A DNA stretch of 31,526 nt, taken from a virus. Taxonomy: Duplodnaviria; Caudoviricetes. Position numbers and translations under genes: made by a program. The notes under the pieces are model-generated. The model worked only from the letters and a program-made list of their open reading frames with translations. It was not told the origin of the DNA and made no database searches. Of this stretch, positions 16,754 through 23,420 are shown piece by piece. The DNA lies in the IMG/VR virus record IMGVR_UViG_3300005837_000063, positions 1 to 31,526 of that record; one strand, written 5' to 3'. Within the stretch, counting starts at the first letter, position 1. Every line of letters begins with the position of its first letter.

Positions 16754-17128
16754 TTAAATGATTATAAAGGTTCCAATATGATTACCTTCTGGACTTTGAT
16801 CAAGTGTGGCTGATACAATATCCCATGATGAAAAATATGTATAGGTTTGTTCATTAATCAACACCCTATAAATGTCTTTATCTTCATTGTAGTCTAAGGT
16901 GCCACAAATAGATATTCCAGTATCAAAGTTATTACGACCCTCTTTTGGTCGCTTTTTCCATGTTACAATAACTTCTTCACCTAATAAACATTGGCAAAAA
17001 TGGACCATATCTTCTCGCCGTGATGAAATATAGATTTTTTCACCATCTTTATCCTCGTATTTATCTCCAAAAACACTTTCAAAATCTTTAGACATAATAA
17101 TCATTGATCTAAAATCGAAATCAAACAT
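16754..17128 (-). CDS. Hypothetical early protein (124 aa)
   Basis: Start set at ATG 17128 (AAAGGAAAACTCAAATG leader); own promoter and terminator. Confidence 0.7.
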   Translation of the reverse strand: MFDFDFRSMIIMSKDFESVFGDKYEDKDGEKIYISSRREDMVHFCQCLLGEEVIVTWKKRPKEGRNNFDTGISICGTLDYNEDKDIYRVLINEQTYTYFSSWDIVSATLDQSPEGNHIGTFIII

Positions 17129-17176
17129 TTGAGTTTTCCTTTTAAAATGTAAAAAAAATTTTCGGCACACGCCTAT

Positions 17177-17218
17177 CGCATCTCTGCGCTGGATATTTAT
17201 TTACAATGTCAAATAGCA
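17177..17218 (-). promoter_or_regulatory. boxA-like element plus GNRA hairpin (nut-like site)
   Basis: TGCTATTTGACA (10/12 to rrn boxA TGCTCTTTAACA), then CGCA-GAGA-TGCG, in an untranslated leader. Confidence 0.45.
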
Positions 17219-17235
17219 ATTTTTTATTATGCTAC

Positions 17236-17268
17236 ATACTACCATATTTAGTTTGTTCTGTCAAGAAC
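17236..17268 (-). promoter_or_regulatory. Strong sigma70 promoter with operator over the -35
   Basis: TTGACA-N17-TAGTAT with TGG; GTTC-N6-GAAC at 17255..17268. Confidence 0.8.
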
Positions 17269-17386
17269 AATTTTTATTAACAAAACTAGGCTTTGTAATT
17301 TTTTTGCGTTTGCGTGCACGTTTTCTTGCTTGCTCGTATTCTCTTAAAGGGTTTAATTTGCCAACATATGGGAAAATCTTTTTCAT
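17261..17386 (-). CDS. Small Arg/Lys-rich protein (41 aa), absent from ORF track
   Basis: MKKIFPYVGKLNPLREYEQARKRARKRKKITKPSFVNKNCS; ATGA overlap with the upstream stop. Confidence 0.5.
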   Translation of the reverse strand: MKKIFPYVGKLNPLREYEQARKRARKRKKITKPSFVNKNCS

Positions 17387-17700
17387 CGTCTAGACATATA
17401 GGCTTGAACACCCATGTAAGCCCCAACGACACCAGCCTGAGCAATATAAAAAAGCCCCAGCAGATCAGCCAAAGCATTAACCCTAGAGTCAGGTATAATA
17501 GGCATAAAAAGAACGGCACTAAAGACAAGCATAGATAGCATAGCAATCCAAGCCATTCGTTGTTGCGCCTCCGATTTTGACTCCCTGAGTTCAAGCTCTA
17601 TGAGTTCTTTTTCTCTTGCAATTTCTTCATCTGTAATAACCCCGTCCCCATCAAGATCATGCTTGCTGTATTTAGTATTCTCTTGGAATTTCTTCGCCAT
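17383..17700 (-). CDS. Two-TM membrane protein with EF-hand-like loop (holin-like?)
   Basis: DLDGDGVITDEE loop, two hydrophobic helices, basic C-terminus. Confidence 0.7.
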   Translation of the reverse strand: MAKKFQENTKYSKHDLDGDGVITDEEIAREKELIELELRESKSEAQQRMAWIAMLSMLVFSAVLFMPIIPDSRVNALADLLGLFYIAQAGVVGAYMGVQAYMSRR

Positions 17701-17703
17701 TTT

Positions 17704-18243
17704 CTAGTACCTCTTGTAATTGGCGGACTCGTTGTTTAATGCGTGATACGTTGTCGGGATTAGAAGCTCCTGCTGTCCGTCTCGATAGACTTTCCATACT
17801 AACAGCCCCACCACAACAAGCACAGTTAAAATAAAGATTATTGCCCCTGTCTGAAAATACTCTCTGTATTTCGCCCATTTCCTTATCTGCTCCTGCCTCT
17901 CTAATTTTTCCTGTTCTTTTTGCTCACGAACACGTTCTTGATAATCTTGTTTTATTTTTTCAAATGTTCCGTGTCCGTAGCGTCTATTTATAAGCACACG
18001 TAATTCATCCAGATCCTCGAGCATATTCCTATACTCAATTTCTTCGGATGCTACATCTCCAAAACTTATTGCTGATTTAGAATAACGCTTTTCGTTAAAC
18101 TGCCTATGCCCCTCAAAAATGCTGGTCAAGGCTTGCCCAATTTGCTGAGCATCCGACATTCCTTCTTTTGCATTTTTAAGAAATTCAAAACCCTGACGAG
18201 CAAGTGCTATGCCAGTTAAGGTCGCCGATATAGGTTCTACCAT
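17704..18243 (-). CDS. Coiled-coil protein with C-terminal TM helix
   Basis: Start set at MVEPISATL (18243), avoiding overlap with the divergent promoter; TM GAIIFILTVLVVVGLLVW. Confidence 0.7.
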   Translation of the reverse strand: MVEPISATLTGIALARQGFEFLKNAKEGMSDAQQIGQALTSIFEGHRQFNEKRYSKSAISFGDVASEEIEYRNMLEDLDELRVLINRRYGHGTFEKIKQDYQERVREQKEQEKLERQEQIRKWAKYREYFQTGAIIFILTVLVVVGLLVWKVYRDGQQELLIPTTYHALNNESANYKRY

Positions 18244-18314
18244 CTTAGCCTTAAGCCATCTGGCTTGCGTTAGCACCTTTTGGTGTAGACTGATTATAAA
18301 CAAAATATTTCTTA

Positions 18315-18353
18315 TTGACCAGCATCGAATATGATATATATTCGTAGACGAAC
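18315..18353 (+). promoter_or_regulatory. Promoter of recombination operon with operator
   Basis: TTGACC-N16-TATATT; ATTC-gtagac-GAAC at 18340..18353. Confidence 0.65.
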
Positions 18354-18367
18354 AAGGAGAACTCAAG

Positions 18368-19117
18368 ATGCTTTCAAATGATCCATTCAATACACATGGC
18401 TTAGACCATATTTCTGCCAGTCAAATAAACACATTTATACATTCGCCATTCTTATGGGCATGTCGTGTGGCAAATGTTCATAACCCAGTTGGGATTTCAG
18501 CCTTTCGGGGATCTGCAGTTGAGGCGGCGGCTATTGCTATCGGTCAAAAAAAATTGGGAAAACATGCGGCTCTGGCAACTGCCGAACAAAAATTTTTCAA
18601 AGAACTTAAATTTGCAGATATTCCACAAGATGATGAAAAGGTAAAAAAAGAATTATCAACAATCACAAGAACAGTAGAAATGCTTGTGCAATCTTTTGAT
18701 GATGATGTTATTGAGTCACAAAAAGAAATTTCTCTTGAATTAGATGATATACCTGTGCCGATCACAGGCTACGCCGATATGATTTGTGCTGATAAGGTTA
18801 TTGAACTGAAAACAAAAGCGCAGACACAATCTAAATTAGAATACAGCGCAAATCTACAGGCATCTATATATCAAGAGGCTTTGGGATTAGATGCATATAT
18901 ATATTATGCTTATCCGAAGGGATACACCACTTTTAAGGCGAACCATGCGGAGGGAATTCGTCGAGTAAAACAAACCGCACATGCAATGCAGAACATCTTA
19001 TCGTTATCCAATGATATACATGAAATTATCAGGAATTATTTAAGACCAAATCCTGATGACTTTCGTGTGAATGATGTTCATGTAGAATTTTTTAACTCAA
19101 TTATTGGAGAAAAGTAA
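18368..19117 (+). CDS. PD-(D/E)XK (RecB-like) exonuclease
   Basis: HISASQIN, FRGSAVE, ITGYADM, IELKT, QASIY; upstream of ERF. Confidence 0.85.
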   Translation: MLSNDPFNTHGLDHISASQINTFIHSPFLWACRVANVHNPVGISAFRGSAVEAAAIAIGQKKLGKHAALATAEQKFFKELKFADIPQDDEKVKKELSTITRTVEMLVQSFDDDVIESQKEISLELDDIPVPITGYADMICADKVIELKTKAQTQSKLEYSANLQASIYQEALGLDAYIYYAYPKGYTTFKANHAEGIRRVKQTAHAMQNILSLSNDIHEIIRNYLRPNPDDFRVNDVHVEFFNSIIGEK

Positions 19118-19803
19118 TGTCTCAAAACAACATTATGCTCATTTATGAGCTTTCAAAAGCAAAAAAAGAAATTCAAAATCCCAAGAAAAATGCACAAGCA
19201 GATCATGGCAGATATAAAACCAAATACGCTACGTTAGAACAGGTTATGTCTGCCGTAACTGATGTTTTATTAGAACACGGTATTGTTTGGCAACAAATAG
19301 CGCATGACTGTGAAGCTGGTGCAAAGATTGAAACTGTGCTTATGGGGCATGGTGGTGAGATTTATTGTGGTCCTGTATTTGTCCCTGCCGAACGTGTCAC
19401 GCCACACGCATTTGGCTCTGCTATGACATATGCTCGTCGGTATTCTCTTGCGCTGGCTTGTGGTGTCGGATCTGATGAGGACAATGATGCACTTCTTGTA
19501 CAAGAGGAATATAAAGCAAAAGAATTAAGTGAAGATATTAACCAAAACATGAAAAAATATGAACTTTGGAAAAGCCCTACACAAACCACTGTAATCATCG
19601 GGTCTGAAAATTTCTGTAAAGAATTACAACATTTTCTTAAGGGCAAAACCGATGCAGAGAAAAACGCTATTGCTGAAGCTAACAAAGTGCAAATCACCGA
19701 TGTTTTGCTTGACGTAGCGGCAGATAAATCAATTGGCGAAACCAAACGCAATAATCGTATAAAATTTCTTGATCAGGTAATGCTTAATGTTAACCCTGCA
19801 TAA
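19117..19803 (+). CDS. erf: ERF-family single-strand annealing protein
   Basis: KYATLE.V, GSAMTYARRYSL....G...DEDND signature. Confidence 0.92.
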   Translation: MSQNNIMLIYELSKAKKEIQNPKKNAQADHGRYKTKYATLEQVMSAVTDVLLEHGIVWQQIAHDCEAGAKIETVLMGHGGEIYCGPVFVPAERVTPHAFGSAMTYARRYSLALACGVGSDEDNDALLVQEEYKAKELSEDINQNMKKYELWKSPTQTTVIIGSENFCKELQHFLKGKTDAEKNAIAEANKVQITDVLLDVAADKSIGETKRNNRIKFLDQVMLNVNPA

Positions 19804-20053
19804 GAAAAAGCTTTTTAAAGGCACTGTTGTTTCAATTCGTGATTATGAACTTGAAAAGGCAAAACAACTTGGTGGCGTGGTCATTACGCATAATGGTCAA
19901 ACCATGACTGTTGGGATGGATAGGCTCAAGACCCTGCATCCTGTAGGCCAAGTACACAAATCTAAAACGGGCGGCAAAGACTATCGCCTTGTTGACATAA
20001 TATTTAAACCTGATGACATTGATAGCAGACAGAAAGGATTATTCAATGACTGA
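19787..20053 (+). CDS. Hypothetical protein (88 aa)
   Basis: Overlap-coupled within the operon. Confidence 0.7.
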   Translation: MLTLHKKKLFKGTVVSIRDYELEKAKQLGGVVITHNGQTMTVGMDRLKTLHPVGQVHKSKTGGKDYRLVDIIFKPDDIDSRQKGLFND

Positions 20054-20423
20054 TAAATTTGAACAGCGAGATATGACAGGATCACTTTTTCCAAGCCGTG
20101 GCGAAACCATTGTAGGGCAAGGTCCTGCCAAACTATTTGACGAAGAAACAGATTGTTATCTGATCGAAAATACATGGACAACACCTGATGGACAGCAACG
20201 CACCATGCGAAAACTGGCTGTTGTTGTTGGTGTTTATTCTCCTAATAAACAGAAACGCAACGAAAATGATAGCGATTATTTTGTTAACGGCACTATTGGT
20301 GATATACCGATCATGTGTTGGGGGCGTGAAAAGGTATCAAAAAAAGGCACCGCCTATACAAGCCTTTCATTTGTAGAAAAAGACAGCCAGCCAAGGGCTA
20401 ATGATGGCGACATCCCGCTATAA
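20046..20423 (+). CDS. Putative single-stranded DNA-binding protein
   Basis: Start at ATG 20046 (GAAAGGA); GSLF...N.QKRNE..SDY.W....SKKG.Y.SLS and acidic DGDIPL tail; next to ERF. Confidence 0.55.
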   Translation: MTDKFEQRDMTGSLFPSRGETIVGQGPAKLFDEETDCYLIENTWTTPDGQQRTMRKLAVVVGVYSPNKQKRNENDSDYFVNGTIGDIPIMCWGREKVSKKGTAYTSLSFVEKDSQPRANDGDIPL

Positions 20424-20721
20424 AAATAAAAAGCACTTAGCATACGTGCGGACTCTACCATGCTTAGTAGGTCCGCATGGATGCGCTGGCGATGTAGAAG
20501 CACATCATTTAATGAAGCCTTGGTTTGGCTATCGTGGTATGGGAATGAAAGCCGAAGACATGAACTGCATACCTTTATGCCATGGTCATCACATGCTTTT
20601 GCATCATTATACTGAATATAAATTTTTCGAACGTAGACATCTGCCATATACGCATGGGAAAATACAAGCGCAAAAAATATGGCTTAGTTCACCACATTGG
20701 GAGTTAATAAATGACAAATAG
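20401..20721 (+). CDS. DUF968/HNH-like zinc-binding nuclease
   Basis: HLAYVRTLPC, EAHHL, GMGMKAED..CIPLCHGHH...H. Confidence 0.75.
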   Translation: MMATSRYKNKKHLAYVRTLPCLVGPHGCAGDVEAHHLMKPWFGYRGMGMKAEDMNCIPLCHGHHMLLHHYTEYKFFERRHLPYTHGKIQAQKIWLSSPHWELINDK

Positions 20722-21136
20722 CATTATGGCTGGCACATATAGTGATTTCAAATTAATTAAAACACGCCGTGTATTTCAGATGATAATCGAGTTTCCGATA
20801 GAGGCACAGAAAGAGTTTACAGATGCTTTTGGTCTGCCCATGCCTGATGCAGAACAATATATTGCCGTTGCAAAATTAAGACAAATAGAAACGCCTGAAC
20901 CAACTGCTACAAAATTAATTCAATTGGCAGGAATACTTTGCAAAGAACCGAAATTCGGTGAATTTCTGCGTGATCGTTATAAGATGGATGACATTAACAC
21001 TGAGAATACAGATACAATAGCTGATGCTGTGCGTGCGCTTTGCGGTGTTCGCAGTCGATCAGACTTTAATACTGATAAACAAGCGGCAACAACATTTGAG
21101 CGTTTAGTACAAGAATATAATGCCACACAGGCTTGA
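20711..21136 (+). CDS. Hypothetical protein (141 aa)
   Basis: Coupled ORF; AGILC....F..FL...VRALCGV.SR pattern. Confidence 0.75.
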   Translation: MTNSIMAGTYSDFKLIKTRRVFQMIIEFPIEAQKEFTDAFGLPMPDAEQYIAVAKLRQIETPEPTATKLIQLAGILCKEPKFGEFLRDRYKMDDINTENTDTIADAVRALCGVRSRSDFNTDKQAATTFERLVQEYNATQA

Positions 21137-21161
21137 CCTGTTCTTATAAGAATTTTATTAT
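21133..21161 (+). promoter_or_regulatory. Sigma70 promoter with operator in spacer
   Basis: TTGACC-N17-TATTAT; GTTC-ttataa-GAAT at 21140..21153. Confidence 0.75.
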
Positions 21162-21184
21162 GTTTTTTTAAATGGAGACTCAAG

Positions 21185-21394
21185 ATGTTTGCACCAAATT
21201 TTGAATATAAGGGCTTTAAATACATGCCCGAAAAAGATAACGATGGCGATTGTATAAAGATTATACATTACGCACAGCATCAATACGATACCCATCCCTA
21301 TCGGGGGCGCACATATGTTTTAGAGGGAAGTAGCTGGCAATATTTAACGCATGATGAATTTATTAGTAAGATGAAGGCGAAGCTTGATGTATGA
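21185..21394 (+). CDS. Hypothetical protein (69 aa)
   Basis: GGAGACTCAAGATG leader downstream of the promoter. Confidence 0.7.
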   Translation: MFAPNFEYKGFKYMPEKDNDGDCIKIIHYAQHQYDTHPYRGRTYVLEGSSWQYLTHDEFISKMKAKLDV

Positions 21395-21566
21395 TTTTGA
21401 TATGAAGCAATGGCGCAAAGCTATGGGCTGGACACAGCAAAGAACGGCAAACGAATTAGGCTATCAGCGTGCATGTACAATTGGGCAAATGGAGGCGGGA
21501 AAACTGCCGCCATCAAGGCGTGTTATATTAGCATGCAAATATCTTGAAAATAAAAATCGTTTATGA
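21387..21566 (+). CDS. Cro/XRE-type HTH regulator
   Basis: MKQWRKAMGWTQQRTANELG....TIGQMEAG..P. Confidence 0.85.
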   Translation: MYDFDMKQWRKAMGWTQQRTANELGYQRACTIGQMEAGKLPPSRRVILACKYLENKNRL

Positions 21567-22138
21567 TCATACCGCCAACAAATAGAACTGACGGATTAGG
21601 CGTTACTTGTATTGACAGCCTTAAGCCTCAAATCTGTAAACAAATAATTAGGCTTCACGAAGATAAATCAAATCCCAAAAAACCAGCACGAGTGCAATCG
21701 GATAACAATAATGTTATTGATATTGAAACCCGCCAAGTTGATCAATGGGTTATTGCTGACATTCCAGAAAACGATTGGCTTACAAGATTACTGTGTACAA
21801 TAGCACGGCAAGCTAACGAACAGTTTTTTCATTTTGATATTTGTGGTTTGTATGAGCGACCAGTTTTGCTAAAATATTCTGCTCTCGGCAAATATGATTG
21901 GCACACTGATCTTGGATCTGGTGACGCATCTACACGTAAAATTAGCATAATAATACCACTGAATGATGAATATGCTGGTGGAGAATTATGCTTTTTTAAT
22001 AATGGTGAGATGAAACTTCAAATTAGCGCAGGCGATGTAATTTGTTTTCCATCTTTTATGCCTCACCGTGTACAAACAGTATTAGATGGTGAACGCTGGT
22101 CATTAGTTGCTTGGATTTCTGGATCATCGTTTAGATAA
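21563..22138 (+). CDS. 2OG-Fe(II) oxygenase (prolyl-hydroxylase/PKHD-like)
   Basis: YDWHTD, RKIS...LN..Y.GGEL, FPS..PHRV..V..GERWSLVAW. Confidence 0.92.
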   Translation: MIIPPTNRTDGLGVTCIDSLKPQICKQIIRLHEDKSNPKKPARVQSDNNNVIDIETRQVDQWVIADIPENDWLTRLLCTIARQANEQFFHFDICGLYERPVLLKYSALGKYDWHTDLGSGDASTRKISIIIPLNDEYAGGELCFFNNGEMKLQISAGDVICFPSFMPHRVQTVLDGERWSLVAWISGSSFR

Positions 22139-22344
22139 CCGACACTTATTCCTAAAAGTTTCATTAATCTGCCTAATTCATTCATACCTTTATTTGTCAA
22201 CTCATTAGATTGATCCGAAACAAATTCACCCTTTATCAGTTCATCTAAAAGCCAATTATGTGGTTGTCTGCCACATGAAACTGCAATCAAACCGCCAAGG
22301 CGTGTAGTCTGGTTATTTGATAGCTTGGGATATTTCTTGCTCAT
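22063..22344 (-). CDS. Hypothetical protein (93 aa), last gene of late operon
   Basis: ATGA-coupled to the holin-like gene; 3' end overlaps the oxygenase convergently. Confidence 0.6.
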   Translation of the reverse strand: MSKKYPKLSNNQTTRLGGLIAVSCGRQPHNWLLDELIKGEFVSDQSNELTNKGMNELGRLMKLLGISVGYLNDDPEIQATNDQRSPSNTVCTR

Positions 22345-22799
22345 CGTCTGGCTTTATCTATTGCCCTAGAACCAAACCAAAAGCTAATGATCGCCGCAAA
22401 TATAGCTTTGGTATCTTCATCCCACAATATTTGTATAGCGGATGATACATCCATCCCTGATTTTATTGCCTCACGTAGCAAAACAATCTCAATAACAACA
22501 AACAGCCCAAAAAAGAAATAAGTAATTACAGGGCGCACAGAGCGTTGCAATGCTGAAATCCACCCTGAACTACCATTTATCGAAATATCGTGCTGTATGA
22601 GCCTCTCATGCTCCTTGTCGGATGCTTGAGCCTCGTGTGCTTTGAGTTCAAAATCATAGCCAGATTTTCTAAGCTCGGCGGCGACTCGCATCTTTTCAAG
22701 CTCAAACTTTTGGTCGGACTTGTTTTTCATTATTTCTGTTACGGCTGGCAATGCGGAGCCAGCAAAACCCAATGCACTGCCTAAAAGACTAAGCATCAC
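22341..22799 (-). CDS. Holin-like membrane protein (3TM holin type)
   Basis: SVRPVITY, FWFGSR motifs, hydrophobic helices; adjacent to the endolysin. Confidence 0.7.
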   Translation of the reverse strand: MMLSLLGSALGFAGSALPAVTEIMKNKSDQKFELEKMRVAAELRKSGYDFELKAHEAQASDKEHERLIQHDISINGSSGWISALQRSVRPVITYFFFGLFVVIEIVLLREAIKSGMDVSSAIQILWDEDTKAIFAAIISFWFGSRAIDKARR

Positions 22800-23244
22800 T
22801 CAAACCCTTGACATATTTACTGCCATCAAAACGCATGACCTGCATGCGGTTATCATGCGGCACATAAGAGCAATGCACCCATCCTGAATTTGCAAATTTT
22901 GGCTCGTAAAACTCCAAGATGAGCTGGTCAAATATCAGATTGTCTCGGATGTATTCTGCAAGCTCAAGATTTGTAATTGACGGGATTTCAAAGTCTGCGG
23001 CCATGCCTTTTGCGTGTTGAGATGTTGGCTTGCTTCCTAATGCCTCGCATAAGACTGGCGACCTGTAACCGCTTGATGGCGTGAATGGAATACCAAAATG
23101 GTCACGGCATGGCTGTAAGATATGCTTACAAAGCATCTTTAGGTTTTCAACTGCCGCCTCGTCTGGCTCATTGGTAATACCTAAACGCTGTGCGGTGTTG
23201 CTTTTGATAAGCTCATGCAATGTGAAATTTTGCGACAAATACAT
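22789..23244 (-). CDS. Endolysin, peptidase M15A family
   Basis: LSQNFTL.EL, SGYRS, SQH..G.AAD, FDQLILE, WVHCSY. Start set at MYLSQ. Confidence 0.9.
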   Translation of the reverse strand: MYLSQNFTLHELIKSNTAQRLGITNEPDEAAVENLKMLCKHILQPCRDHFGIPFTPSSGYRSPVLCEALGSKPTSQHAKGMAADFEIPSITNLELAEYIRDNLIFDQLILEFYEPKFANSGWVHCSYVPHDNRMQVMRFDGSKYVKGLSDA

Positions 23245-23245
23245 A

Positions 23246-23419
23246 TCATGCCCCAAATGCAACTAAGTTAAGCAACAAAACGATTGTAGCCCCTGCGCTT
23301 CCTAAAATTATAGCCTCAAGCCTCTTAATGCGATTGATGGTTTCCTGCCACCTCTCGGCACAAATAGCCTCATGGGTATCAATTTGGGTTTTGACTTCTG
23401 TAACAGTTGGCTTTGCCAT
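23246..23419 (-). CDS. Small membrane protein (XhlA-like, lysis region), absent from ORF track
   Basis: MAKPTVTEVKTQIDTHEAICAERWQETINRIKRLEAIILGSAGATIVLLLNLVAFGA; exactly fills the gap. Confidence 0.8.
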   Translation of the reverse strand: MAKPTVTEVKTQIDTHEAICAERWQETINRIKRLEAIILGSAGATIVLLLNLVAFGA

Positions 23420-23420
23420 C

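Noticed and set aside
17286-17594. 102-aa hydrophobic minus-strand ORF as an embedded spanin
   Set aside because: Alternate frame of a TM gene; no convincing SD or lipobox
18350-18362. GAAC-N5-GAAC as an alphaproteobacterial LexA box
   Set aside because: Spacing is 5, not 7; explained by the operator half-site plus RBS
18244-18390. 49-aa N-terminal extension of the 228-aa ORF
   Set aside because: Overlaps the divergent promoter and nuclease start; MVEPIS at 18243 is more plausible
18368-19117. Cas4/CRISPR association
   Set aside because: No Fe-S cysteine set, no repeats or cas genes; the context is an exonuclease-ERF recombination pair
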